Shown here: one piece after another, positions 28,454 to 37,904 of the stretch | Numbering within the stretch: position 1 is the stretch's first letter | How the letters are laid out: the number at the start of each line of letters is the position of its first letter | From: Longimicrobiales bacterium | GTDB lineage: Bacteria > Gemmatimonadota > Gemmatimonadetes > Longimicrobiales > Gaopeijiaceae | Reading direction: 5' to 3' | DNA length: 64,000 bases | NCBI GenBank assembly: GCA_965116905.1 | Contig: OZ220732.1 | Coordinates: forward strand, 1,472,001 to 1,536,000 | Notes under the pieces: generated by a model | The model's input: only the letters and a program-made list of their open reading frames with translations | Database searches by the model: none | Told to the model about the DNA's origin: nothing | Made by a program: the position numbers and the translations under genes

Positions 28454-29862
28454 CAGCGGCTGTCGGTGCCGTCGTTGCCGTTGCCGCTGCTGTTGTCTTC
28501 GCTGTCGGTCGCGAGCTTGGCCTCACGGTCTTCGACCAGCCTCTGGTAGCCGTCCTCGGTCAGGTGGGTGACGGCGATCCACGCGTGCGACATCTCGTCC
28601 ATCGTGCGCGAACCGCGCGCGTACCAGATCTCCGGATCCGGCGTGAGCTCGTTATCGGCGGTGTTGTCGTACCACCCGGTCAGCACGACAACCGTCCCCG
28701 CCGGGAGGAGCGGCGCGACGTCGTCTTCGTAGATGTAGCTGTGGTGCCAGCGCGCGTCGAAGTCCGTGACCATGCTGATCAGCTCGACATCGCCGTCGGG
28801 ATACACGGCCTGTATGGACATCGCGTGGAGGTGCACGTGGCCGTGCGGCTGGTAGCTGTCGATCCGCACCGGGTGGTCCCAGCGGTGGAAGCCCTGGGTC
28901 ATCGCGGTCCCTCCGGGGGCTAGGGCGATGTCGCCGCGGAGCGGGTACAGGCGCAGGTCCTGCCGGAACTCCGGCTCGTAGCCCTCCTCGTGGAACCAGA
29001 TCCCGAGCTCGAGCTGGTCGCCGGGCACGTCGTATCCCATGGGATAGTAGTGGGCGTCCCACTCGATCATGTCGGTCGTCTTGAGGAGTCGCCCGGCGTC
29101 GCGGGGCACGATTTCGCCGACCTTCCCCATGGCGTACTCGGACAGGCTCTGGATGCGGCGGTACTCGCCCTCTTCGTTGAGCCGCAGGAGCCGCGGGATG
29201 GCGTGGTGGACGACCTGGCGGCCTGCCGGGAAGGAGGGACGCGTCTCGGCCGCCATCACCCACCGGTCCTCGTCCAGCCCCGTCGGCACGCGCGGCCGCC
29301 ACCAGGTGTCGCCGCCCTCGGCAGACACGTCGAAGGGCTTCGACTTGATGACGTGATCGGGCGGGCCGAGGATGTCCTCGAGTTGCCACATCTGCTTGTT
29401 CGGCCACTCGATCGGCGGCGGCAAATCGGCGGGGTCGCCCTCGGGCGCTCCGGCGTCCACCCACGCCACGAAGGTCTCGATGTCCTCTTCGCTCAGCCGC
29501 CAGTCATCCTTGATGTCCTGGATGCCGACCCCGGTGTCGAGGTGGTACGGGGGCATGAGGCGCTTCGACACGAGGTTCCGGGCACGCGACGCGTAACGGC
29601 GGACCTCCTGGTACGTCATGAGCGACATCGGACCCACGGAAGCAGGCCGGTGGCAGATCTCGCAGTTGGCCTGGAGGATGGGGGCGACGTCCCTGGCATA
29701 GGTCACGTCGGCCTCGTGGGCGCCGCCGTTACTGGCGGTCTGTTGGGCGGCGACGGGCGACGCGACGACCAGCAAAACAACGGTCGCCAGCGCGGCGACG
29801 GACGGTGCCGACACGGCCAATCGGTTCGACAGATGCTCCGAGCGGACAGGCAGCGTGCGCAT
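28453..29862 (-). CDS. Exported cytochrome c plus copper type II (PHM/DBH-like) monooxygenase fusion (copy 1)
   Basis: GGAGG RBS; signal peptide; CEICH, MPPY; VVHHA, DAHYY, PHGH, DEM candidate copper ligands. Confidence 0.85.
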   Translation of the reverse strand: MRTLPVRSEHLSNRLAVSAPSVAALATVVLLVVASPVAAQQTASNGGAHEADVTYARDVAPILQANCEICHRPASVGPMSLMTYQEVRRYASRARNLVSKRLMPPYHLDTGVGIQDIKDDWRLSEEDIETFVAWVDAGAPEGDPADLPPPIEWPNKQMWQLEDILGPPDHVIKSKPFDVSAEGGDTWWRPRVPTGLDEDRWVMAAETRPSFPAGRQVVHHAIPRLLRLNEEGEYRRIQSLSEYAMGKVGEIVPRDAGRLLKTTDMIEWDAHYYPMGYDVPGDQLELGIWFHEEGYEPEFRQDLRLYPLRGDIALAPGGTAMTQGFHRWDHPVRIDSYQPHGHVHLHAMSIQAVYPDGDVELISMVTDFDARWHHSYIYEDDVAPLLPAGTVVVLTGWYDNTADNELTPDPEIWYARGSRTMDEMSHAWIAVTHLTEDGYQRLVEDREAKLATDSEDNSSGNGNDGTDSR

Positions 29863-30006
29863 GGGCAGATCCTCCTGCAAAGCGATTACGCGGAGCCGAC
29901 CCGTTGGCGCGTCCGGCGCATTGCGGCTCCGAACTCCCCATAACAATGCGCGTGCACCGGATCGCCAAGCAAGCCGAGGGCATGGCAGGCGGGCCCGCGG
30001 AGTTGC

Positions 30007-30035
30007 TTGGCATCGACCCACCGCCGAAGTATGAT
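30007..30035 (+). promoter_or_regulatory. Candidate sigma70-type promoter of the SDR-amidase operon
   Basis: TTGGCA(30007)-17 bp-TATGAT(30030); the -35 lies in one arm of the GCCAAGCAA/TTGCTTGGC inverted repeat (29964-30011). Confidence 0.4.
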
Positions 30036-30096
30036 GGCCGCGGACATGTTCCCACGGAGGAATAGTCCCGATGTACCCTCGATCGGTAACAAGCGC

Positions 30097-31233
30097 ATGA
30101 ACGACACGACACGACCTGGCCCAAACCGGCGCGAATTCCTCCTGACCGCAGGGGTGGCGGGCGCCGGGCTTGCCCTGGGCGCCGGTTGCGCCCCCGCTCC
30201 CGACCGCTCCCCCGCGCCGAAGCGGTTCCTCATACTGGGCGGGACCGGGTTCATCGGGCCGCACACGGTCCGGTACGCCGTGGAGCGCGGCCACGAAGTC
30301 ACGATCTTCACGCGGGGCCGCGCCGACGCGGACCTCCCCGACGTCGAGCGCCTTGTCGGGGACCGCAACGGCGACCTGACCGCGCTGGAAGGGCGAACCT
30401 GGGACGTCGTCTTCGACAACAACTGCCAGAACTATCGCTGGGCGCAGCTCAGCACCGAACTCCTCAAGGATGCGGCGGAGCAATACATCTTCATCTCGTC
30501 GATCTCCGCCTACGCGATCGAGGGCATGGACTTCTCCAGGAGCGAGACCGTGCTTTGGGACCCCGCGGTGCCGGAGAACTACCCGCGCTTCGAGCCGCCC
30601 GAGGGATGGCAGGACGGTGACGACGCGCACTACGGGCTCATGAAACGACTGAGCGAGGATATCTCGCACGCCGCCTTTCCTGGCCGCGCCACCATCATTC
30701 GACCTGGGCTGATCGTCGGCCCCACCGACCCCACCGACCGGTTCACCTACTGGCCCGTGCGGATCGAGCAAGGCGGAGAGGTGCTGGCCCCGGGCAACCC
30801 CGACCACTCGACCCAGATCATCGACCAGCGCGACCTCACCGAGTGGACGGTGCGCATGGCCGAGGAAGGGGTGATGGGCGACTTCAATGCCACGGGCCCC
30901 GGGAGCCGCCTCTCGATGGCGGAGATGCTGTACGGGATCCGCTCGGTCACGACCCGGCCGGTGGAGTTCACCTGGGTGCCGTCGGAATTTCTGGAGGCGC
31001 AAGGCGTCACGGCGTGGGGCGACCTGCCTGCGTGGGTTCCGGGCAACGAACTCATGCACGTCGATGTGAGCCGGGCGGTGGCCGCCGGGCTGACGTTCCG
31101 CCCGTTGGCGGTGACCACGCGCGACACCCTCGAGTGGCACCGGACGCGACCAGAGTCGGAGTGGGAACAGCGCCGCTTCGGGATGAGTCGGGAGAGGGAG
31201 CGGGCGGTGCTGGACGCGTGGCACGCGGCTTGA
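30097..31233 (+). CDS. Tat-exported NAD-dependent epimerase/dehydratase, paralog of 24557-25732
   Basis: NRREFL twin-arginine signal, LGAGC; LILGGTGFIG, YGLMK, DPTDRFTYWPVRI. Confidence 0.92.
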   Translation: MNDTTRPGPNRREFLLTAGVAGAGLALGAGCAPAPDRSPAPKRFLILGGTGFIGPHTVRYAVERGHEVTIFTRGRADADLPDVERLVGDRNGDLTALEGRTWDVVFDNNCQNYRWAQLSTELLKDAAEQYIFISSISAYAIEGMDFSRSETVLWDPAVPENYPRFEPPEGWQDGDDAHYGLMKRLSEDISHAAFPGRATIIRPGLIVGPTDPTDRFTYWPVRIEQGGEVLAPGNPDHSTQIIDQRDLTEWTVRMAEEGVMGDFNATGPGSRLSMAEMLYGIRSVTTRPVEFTWVPSEFLEAQGVTAWGDLPAWVPGNELMHVDVSRAVAAGLTFRPLAVTTRDTLEWHRTRPESEWEQRRFGMSRERERAVLDAWHAA

Positions 31234-32960
31234 ACTGCCTCGAAGCACGGCTGGTGCTCGCCGCGGAGGTCGGGAGCCTTGCGGCGGTCCTGGCACTCGC
31301 CTCGTGCTCAGTCCCCTCCGCCGCGCCCGACCCGTTCCCCGTGGTGGAAGCCACGATCCCCGATTTGCAGGCCGCGATGGAGAGCGGCGAGCTGACCTCG
31401 CGGCAGCTTGTCACCGCGCACCTGGTGCGCATCGCGCTCTACGAGGAGCGGCTGAACGCAGCCATCTCCATCAACGAGAATGCGCTGGCCGAAGCCGGCG
31501 CGCTCGACGCAGAGCGCGCGGCGGGCAATGTGCGGGGACCCCTTCACGGCATCCCGGTCGCGCTGAAGGACAACATCCACACGACCCACCTGCCGACCAC
31601 CGCGGGGGCGCTCGCCTTTGACGGCTTCGTGCCGCCGTACGAGGCCACGCTGACCACCAACCTGCGCGAGGCGGGCGCGATCATTATCGCCAAGGCCGGC
31701 CTCACCGAATTCGCGAACTGGATGGCGGGGCCACCCAATCCCATGCCCGGGAACTACAACGCGCTCACCGGCTTCGCGTACAACCCGTACGACCCGCGCC
31801 GCGACCCCCGCCCGGCCACTTTCGACGGGCGTCCCGCGCTCAGCACCGGCGGGTCCAGCTCCGGAATCGGCACCGCAGCCGGCTTCTGGGCCGCGAACGT
31901 CGGAACCGACACCGGCGGCTCCGTCATCAGTCCGTCGAACGCCAACATGCTGGTGGGGATCCGCCCGACGCTGGGCCGGATCAGCCGCTGGGGAATCGCA
32001 CCGGTCACCCTCGACCACGACATGGCCGGCCCCATGGCACGCACCGTGGCCGACGCCGCCATCCTGCTCGGCGGGATGGAGAGCGCGGCGCCCGACCCCA
32101 ACGACCTCGCGACCGAGGTTTGCGAGCCGCCGCCTGGGCGCGACTACCGGCCCTTCCTGAACCCGGACGGGCTGCGCGGGGCCCGAATCGGCATTCCGCG
32201 GGCGTTCTACTACGACCCGATCCGGCTCGACGGCGAGGACCGAACGCGCGGCGGGCTCAACGACCCGCAGCTCGCGCTGATGGAGGAGGCGATCGCGGTC
32301 CTCGAGGCCCAGGGCGCGGTGGTGATCGACCCGGCCGACGTGCCCAGCTACGCGACGACCGACCCGGACTCGAACTTTGCCGCGTGGGGGTTCTGCGCGG
32401 GGGGCCACCAGGGGAGGGGCGCCGACGAGGACTGCTCGGTGAACTTCAAGTACGGCGCGAAGCTGGACTTCAACGCGTGGCTGGCGACCCTCGCCCCGGG
32501 TGCCCCGGTTGGCACGCTCACCGAGTTGCGCGAGTGGAACATCGAGCATGAGCGCGCGGGCGCCATGAAGTACGGTCAGGCCCGCTTCGACATCTCCGAC
32601 GAGATGGATGTCGAGACCGACCGCGAGCGCAACGAGGCCGACATGGCAAGGGACGAGCTGCTGAGCCGGACGCGCGGGATCGACGCGGTTCTCGCGGAAC
32701 ACGACCTCGACGCGATCCTGACCCCCGGAAGCCGGGGCGCGGGGCTCGCCGCCCGTTCAGGCACCCCGATCATCGTCGTCCCCTTCGGCTTCGTGCCCAA
32801 CGAGCCCGCGCAGCCGTTCCCGGAGGGGTTCGACGCCCGCCCCGCACCCTTCGGCGTGGGCTTCACGGGAGCCAATTGCAGCGAGCCGCGGCTGATCGAA
32901 CTGGCCTACGCCTTCGAGCAGGCGACGAAGCGACGGGTGCCGCCGCCGGGGGTGCCGTAA
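31230..32960 (+). CDS. Amidase signature family lipoprotein
   Basis: TTG start overlapping the upstream TGA (estimated); LALASC lipobox; GPLHGIPVALKDN, GGSSSG, GTDTGGS. Confidence 0.9.
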   Translation: MNCLEARLVLAAEVGSLAAVLALASCSVPSAAPDPFPVVEATIPDLQAAMESGELTSRQLVTAHLVRIALYEERLNAAISINENALAEAGALDAERAAGNVRGPLHGIPVALKDNIHTTHLPTTAGALAFDGFVPPYEATLTTNLREAGAIIIAKAGLTEFANWMAGPPNPMPGNYNALTGFAYNPYDPRRDPRPATFDGRPALSTGGSSSGIGTAAGFWAANVGTDTGGSVISPSNANMLVGIRPTLGRISRWGIAPVTLDHDMAGPMARTVADAAILLGGMESAAPDPNDLATEVCEPPPGRDYRPFLNPDGLRGARIGIPRAFYYDPIRLDGEDRTRGGLNDPQLALMEEAIAVLEAQGAVVIDPADVPSYATTDPDSNFAAWGFCAGGHQGRGADEDCSVNFKYGAKLDFNAWLATLAPGAPVGTLTELREWNIEHERAGAMKYGQARFDISDEMDVETDRERNEADMARDELLSRTRGIDAVLAEHDLDAILTPGSRGAGLAARSGTPIIVVPFGFVPNEPAQPFPEGFDARPAPFGVGFTGANCSEPRLIELAYAFEQATKRRVPPPGVP

Positions 32961-33017
32961 CGGAAGCCGCCGGAGCCAGCGCCGAAGCTCATCCTCCCAA
33001 CCAGCTGAAGCTGCGCG

Positions 33018-34436
33018 CTACCGCCGCCACACCCCCACACCGTCCTCGTACCGGATTCCGGTCCCGTACGGCCGTGACAGCGCCGCGAGGTGCTCGATGA
33101 TCTTGCGGCCCAGCTCCTCCGGCGCGATGCGCGGCGTGCCCCGGCGGCCCCGCGGCGCCTTCCAGCTCAGCTCGATCGGGTGAAACACGATCTCGACCAC
33201 CTCGCCGCCCTCGAATGTCGCCACCGGAACCACGCTCTCGTACCACTCCGCGCCGGTGGGGAAGCCCGTGGTGGGGTTGCCGTCCTCGTCCACCCGGAAG
33301 CGCGTGTCGTAGATCTCCGACGCCAGCCGGTCGAGCGGGATCCCGTAGCGGTCGCGCTGGTCGGACGGCATCGGGTCGATCGTCTCGTTCTGGAAGATGA
33401 AGTTGGCGAGCGAGTAGAAGATCGGGCGGCCCCTGTAGATCTCGACCGCGCGCAGCTGGTGCGGCCCGTGGATGATGAAGGTGGTCGCTCCCGCGTCGAT
33501 CGCCTGCCGTGCGAATTCCTCCATCCACGGCGGTGGCACCTGCGATGCGTTGCCGGGCTCGTGGGAATGGCTGTTGACGACCACGTAGTCGGCCTGATCG
33601 GTCGCGTTTCGCACCTCGTGCAGCACCCGTTCGCGGTCGACATCGTTCAGCGACACGATCGTCCGGTCCTCTTCGCCCGGGTACACGGTCCGCCCCAGCA
33701 CCCGCACCGGCGCGTCCTCATCCTCCGAAACGTTCCCGCCCCGCCTGCGCGCCACATCCCGCAGCGCGGCCATCGTCTCCGCCGAACCCTCATAGCGGGT
33801 GCTCAGGCGCAGCGGGTTCAGCCCCGGCCGCCCCTGCACGGTGGGCCCGGCCTTCCCCGCACGCGACATCGGCGTGAACGTCGACGCCATCCCGATCAAC
33901 GCGATCCGCCCCTTCGGCGTCTCCAGGTACCCCGGACGGCTGGCCCACCCCAGGTTCTCGCCGGCTCCCGAGTGCACCAGCCCCCACTCGTCCATCAGCC
34001 GGTTGGTCAGCCGCATCCCCTCGACGCCGTAGTCGGTGGTGTGGTTGTTGGCGTTGTTGAAGAGGTCGAACCCCATGTCGACCAGGTCCCGCAGCGTCTC
34101 GGGCGAGCCGACCTCGTAGTTGCCGCCGTTTTCCGCCGCCGGCCAGCCGGTGAACTCCTGCAGCCGGAACACCGACTGCTCCAGGTTCATGAACGCCGCG
34201 TCGGCCCCGCGAATGATGTTGGCGAGCTCATGGAACCCCGGATCCCCCGGATGATCGAACGGCGCCGTCCTCCGGTTCATGATCACGTCTCCCACCGCTG
34301 CCAGGGTCCAGCGGGTGTTGGAATCAATGGGCGAGCGCGACTGCGCGTGGGCGTTCTGCTGCGCCGGCGGGCCGAGCATGGCCGCGGCGACGAGGAGAAG
34401 GGTCGGGGCTGCGAAGCGGGTCGGCGGGCGGCGCAT
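33018..34436 (-). CDS. CapA family metallophosphoesterase, exported
   Basis: AVGDVIM, NLE, ANNHTTDYG, HSHE, HGPHQL, FYSLANF; signal peptide. Confidence 0.9.
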   Translation of the reverse strand: MRRPPTRFAAPTLLLVAAAMLGPPAQQNAHAQSRSPIDSNTRWTLAAVGDVIMNRRTAPFDHPGDPGFHELANIIRGADAAFMNLEQSVFRLQEFTGWPAAENGGNYEVGSPETLRDLVDMGFDLFNNANNHTTDYGVEGMRLTNRLMDEWGLVHSGAGENLGWASRPGYLETPKGRIALIGMASTFTPMSRAGKAGPTVQGRPGLNPLRLSTRYEGSAETMAALRDVARRRGGNVSEDEDAPVRVLGRTVYPGEEDRTIVSLNDVDRERVLHEVRNATDQADYVVVNSHSHEPGNASQVPPPWMEEFARQAIDAGATTFIIHGPHQLRAVEIYRGRPIFYSLANFIFQNETIDPMPSDQRDRYGIPLDRLASEIYDTRFRVDEDGNPTTGFPTGAEWYESVVPVATFEGGEVVEIVFHPIELSWKAPRGRRGTPRIAPEELGRKIIEHLAALSRPYGTGIRYEDGVGVWRR

Positions 34437-34545
34437 GGGGTCCTCCTTGGGGCACTGGACGGCTCGCGAGGATAGTGGTTCGCGCGCCCACGGCGGGCAA
34501 ACGTGGCCCGCGGCACTCGTCCGTTCGGGGCCCGCACCGCCGCGA

Positions 34546-35712
34546 CTAGGCTCGCGCGATCAGCCGCTCCATGAGCGCGGGCAGCGGAATCGCCGTGATC
34601 CCGTCCCCGAGGGGGTAGGTCTCGGTCCCCGGGTATACGATGAAACTGTGGGTGGCCGCGACGTCCGCCGTGGCAACGCGAAATCCCCGGGGCACTCTCG
34701 GTGCCGAGGAACGCTTGACCTCGACGGCCCACAACTCCTGCCCGGGGAGGAGCAGCAAGAGGTCGATTTTGGCCCCGGACCTGGTCCTGTAGAAGAACGC
34801 GTCCGTGCCGACGGGAGCGGCTCCGATCAGGTTCTCGACGACGAGGCCCTCCCAGCTGGCGCCCGCGACCGGGTGCCCCAGGAGGTCGTCGAGGGATCGG
34901 ATGTTGAGGAGGGCGTGCACGATGCCGCTGTCACGCACGAGGACCCTGGGTGACTTGATGAGCCGCTTCCCCACGTTGGCGTGGTAGGGCTGAAGTCGGC
35001 GCAACAGCATCATGTCCACCAGCGTGTCCGTGTAGCGGTTCACGGATGGCACCGAGACCCCCAGGCTCCGGGCCAACTCGGCGGCGTTGAAAGTCGAGCC
35101 CTGCCGATGGGACAACATCGTCCAGAACCGGCGAAGCGTCTCCACCGGAGCCCTGAGTCCGGACTGGGGGAGGTCCCGCTCGAGGTAGGTGCGGATGAAG
35201 TTCGCACGCCAGCGGATGCTGAGATCGTCGTCCCTGGCTGTGAAGCTCTCCGGGAACCCGCCCCTCAGCCACAACCGATTGAGATCGGAACCGGCTTCCA
35301 GCGCATCGAATCCCGGCAGCTCGTGATACGCCGTGCGCCCCGCGAGAGATTCGGCGGACTGGCGAAGCAGTATCCCTGAAGCCGATCCCAGCAGCAGAAA
35401 GTGCCCGCAGGCGCGACCCGCGCGGCGCCGTATGTCGATCTGTCCGCGAAGGATCCGGAAGAGATCGGGCACGAGCTGAACCTCGTCCAGAATGACCAGC
35501 CGGTGCCGGTGCAGGTCGAGATAGTCGCGGGTGTTCCCCAGACGCGCCTGATCGGAGGGATCCTCCAGGTCCAGGTAGATGGAGTGCGGATCCGTGTCGG
35601 CAATGGTCCGGGCGAGCGTGGTCTTTCCCGCCTGGCGGGGCCCAAGGAGGACGACCGCGGGGAAAGCGGCGAGATCGCGCTGGACCAGGGCGGTGTGGCG
35701 TCGCGTGATCAT
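34546..35712 (-). CDS. AAA+ ATPase (AAA_14) with DUF4143 domain and C-terminal nuclease-like tail
   Basis: GPRQAGKTT, ILDEVQ, LLGSAS, ESLAGR, RGGFP, YLERD, KSPR...DSG, RTRSGAKIDL...AVEVK. Confidence 0.92.
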   Translation of the reverse strand: MITRRHTALVQRDLAAFPAVVLLGPRQAGKTTLARTIADTDPHSIYLDLEDPSDQARLGNTRDYLDLHRHRLVILDEVQLVPDLFRILRGQIDIRRRAGRACGHFLLLGSASGILLRQSAESLAGRTAYHELPGFDALEAGSDLNRLWLRGGFPESFTARDDDLSIRWRANFIRTYLERDLPQSGLRAPVETLRRFWTMLSHRQGSTFNAAELARSLGVSVPSVNRYTDTLVDMMLLRRLQPYHANVGKRLIKSPRVLVRDSGIVHALLNIRSLDDLLGHPVAGASWEGLVVENLIGAAPVGTDAFFYRTRSGAKIDLLLLLPGQELWAVEVKRSSAPRVPRGFRVATADVAATHSFIVYPGTETYPLGDGITAIPLPALMERLIARA

Positions 35713-35714
35713 GA

Positions 35715-35748
35715 TTGCTAATATCAAATAGTCATTAGTGATTAGCAA
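35715..35748. promoter_or_regulatory. Inverted repeat directly upstream of the AAA-DUF4143 start
   Basis: TTGCTAAT (35715-35722), 18-nt spacer, ATTAGCAA (35741-35748), in an AT-rich patch. Confidence 0.6.
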
Positions 35749-35880
35749 GGATAATGCTGTTTCTGATGTGATCGGCGGCATTTTCGCCCGGCGCTCGCCT
35801 TGCGTGGCCCAGGACCCATCCGTCCTCCCTCGGCGTGGTGGTGCAACCCTGTACGCACTAGCGAAACCCAACCCTCAGGG

Positions 35881-35973
35881 GTCCCATTATGGGACTGCGG
35901 TGTACATAATTGCGGTGTACATAATGCGGTATGTAACGGTGCGGTGTGTATAATGCGGTGAGCGTGATGCGTT
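35881..35973. repeat. Palindrome followed by six phased TGCGGT-core repeats (14-15 bp period)
   Basis: GTCCCAT-T-ATGGGAC (35881-35895); TGCGGT at 35896, 35911, 35925, 35940, 35954 and TGCGTT at 35968; the first two units share TGCGGTGTACATAAT. Confidence 0.85.
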
Positions 35974-36005
35974 GCTGGCCGCCGATGACCGGACGGGATC
36001 GATAG

Positions 36006-37904
36006 ATGAAGCCGAAGCAGGGCCTGGGCGCCTTCTGGCAGGAGTTGCGCCGGAGGCACGTGGTGCGCGCGGGCGGCGTATACGTCGCGGCGGCGTTCGT
36101 GGTGCTGCAGCTCGGCGAGATCGTGCTCCCGGCCTTCAACGCGCCGGATTGGGTGCTGCAGTCGCTGGTGGTGGCGGCTTTTCTGGGTCTGCCCGTCGTG
36201 CTGGCCTTCGCGTGGGTGTACGACCTGACTCCGGAGGGGCTTGCCAAGACGCGCCAGTCCCCGGCCGGCGTGAAGGTCAGCATGGCGCCGCGTCTGGCGC
36301 TGCTGGCCGTGACCTCGATCTCGGTCGCGCTCGGGCTGGTGTGGTTCCAGCGGAGTGCCGCGACCTCGGACGCAGGCGCCGGAGCCGAGTCCCCCGCACC
36401 CGCGGGCGCGCGGTTCGCAAGCCTGGACCCGGATGCGCCCATCACCGCCATCGCGGTGCTTCCCCTGGCGGACTTCGCGGAGGGGGACGACCTCTTCGCC
36501 CGCCAGCTTCACGAGGAGATCATCACCCAACTCAGTCTCCTCACAAGCCTCCGAATCGTATCGCGGACCTCGGTGGAGCGGTACGCCGATTCCGACATGC
36601 TCCTGCCCGAAATCGCGGCCGAACTGGGGGTGCAGGCCGTCGTGACGGGCTCCGTGGCCATGACGTCCGAGAGCGACAGCGTGCGGATTACCCTTCAGCT
36701 GCTGCACGCCGCGACCGATACGCACATGCTGTCGCGCACCTTCCAGCGCGAGATGAAGGACATTCTGCGACTGCAGACCGAGGTCGCGGTCGAGATCGCC
36801 GGCACGGTCCAGGGCGAACTCGGCGATCAGATGATCGAGGAGGTCGACAGGGTCGCCGAGGTGGATCCGGAGGCGTATCGGGCGTTTCTGCAGGGTCAGC
36901 GGGAACTGGAGCGGGGGACTCCGGAGGCGCTGAACGCGGCCATCGGGCACTTCGACCGATCGGCGGAACTCGATCCCGGATATGCACAGCCGCTGGCCTG
37001 GAGGGCTGGGACGCACCTGATGCTGGCCACGGACCGCGACTCGGTGCCGGCTGAAGTCCTCGCGCAGGTGCGCGGTGATCTGGAGAGGGCCGGGACGCTC
37101 GGCGGTGCAGAAGACGAGGTAGCGGCGACGATGGTGATCCTTGGCGATCAGATGGGCCGCGTGGGAGCCGGTGTCGCTGCGGTGATCGAGGACGCGAGTG
37201 CGCAGGCCGGTTCGCTTGCCGGTTTTGTCACGGACTCGCTCCGGCGCCGCCAATTGCTGGAGTCGACGCGGTTCGGGCGCCAGTTCGGACGTCGGTCTCC
37301 CCTCGCGGTCGCCATGGGATTCCTGGAGACGGGTCGGTACGACAGCGCGGCCGTGGCGTTCGAGCGGATCCTGGACACCGAACCGGGTATGGTCCCGGCA
37401 TGGGCCGGCCTTGAGGAGGCCCATCTCCGTCAGGGCCATTACGAGGGCGCGGTCGATGTCCGGGAGCAGCGGATTCTGGCTACCCGCGGGGAGGGGCCGG
37501 AGGCCAGGGCCGCGGTCGAGCACCTGCACGCGACCTTCAACGAGGACGATCCGGCCAGCTACTGGCGGTGGCGGCGGGACCACAACGTGGAGCGGGAGGC
37601 CCGTGGCGAGCGCGTATCCGAAGCGGAGAAGGCGGTCATCGCCGTCGGTCTCGGCCAGCACGACGATGCGCTGCAACATCTCGAGGCCGCGGTCCAGAAC
37701 CGCGATCCGGCTCTGGTGACGCTGAGAAGCAACGCCATGTGGGACCCGCTGCGCAGCGACCCGCGCTTTCAGGATGTGGTGCGAAGCGTGCGGGAGGTTT
37801 GGCGGACCAGGGGCAGGCCGCTGCGGCCCGAGACGGGGACGCCAGGACGCCCGGAGTCGCGGCCGCCGGGGAGCGCAGGGCCGCGCACGCCAGGGATCCC
37901 TTGA
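36006..37904 (+). CDS. Membrane-anchored TolB-like/TPR protein
   Basis: FWQELRRRHVVRAGGVY N-terminal TM module, IAVLPLAD...SRTSV TolB-like domain, TPRs, WDPLRSDPRF. Confidence 0.88.
   Translation: MKPKQGLGAFWQELRRRHVVRAGGVYVAAAFVVLQLGEIVLPAFNAPDWVLQSLVVAAFLGLPVVLAFAWVYDLTPEGLAKTRQSPAGVKVSMAPRLALLAVTSISVALGLVWFQRSAATSDAGAGAESPAPAGARFASLDPDAPITAIAVLPLADFAEGDDLFARQLHEEIITQLSLLTSLRIVSRTSVERYADSDMLLPEIAAELGVQAVVTGSVAMTSESDSVRITLQLLHAATDTHMLSRTFQREMKDILRLQTEVAVEIAGTVQGELGDQMIEEVDRVAEVDPEAYRAFLQGQRELERGTPEALNAAIGHFDRSAELDPGYAQPLAWRAGTHLMLATDRDSVPAEVLAQVRGDLERAGTLGGAEDEVAATMVILGDQMGRVGAGVAAVIEDASAQAGSLAGFVTDSLRRRQLLESTRFGRQFGRRSPLAVAMGFLETGRYDSAAVAFERILDTEPGMVPAWAGLEEAHLRQGHYEGAVDVREQRILATRGEGPEARAAVEHLHATFNEDDPASYWRWRRDHNVEREARGERVSEAEKAVIAVGLGQHDDALQHLEAAVQNRDPALVTLRSNAMWDPLRSDPRFQDVVRSVREVWRTRGRPLRPETGTPGRPESRPPGSAGPRTPGIP

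Noticed and set aside
24557..31296. Long N-terminal extensions in the ORF track (24557-26575, 28453-31296; likewise 30843, 37568, 51663, 57718)
   Set aside because: These are open-frame run-ons through neighbouring genes; internal starts with RBS, signal peptides or stop/start overlaps fit better.
33018..34436. Poly-gamma-glutamate capsule locus
   Set aside because: Only a CapA-family domain is present; no capB or capC in the window.
35896..35973. TGCGGT array as a CRISPR
   Set aside because: A 6-bp core with 8-9 nt related linkers is far too short, and no cas genes are present.
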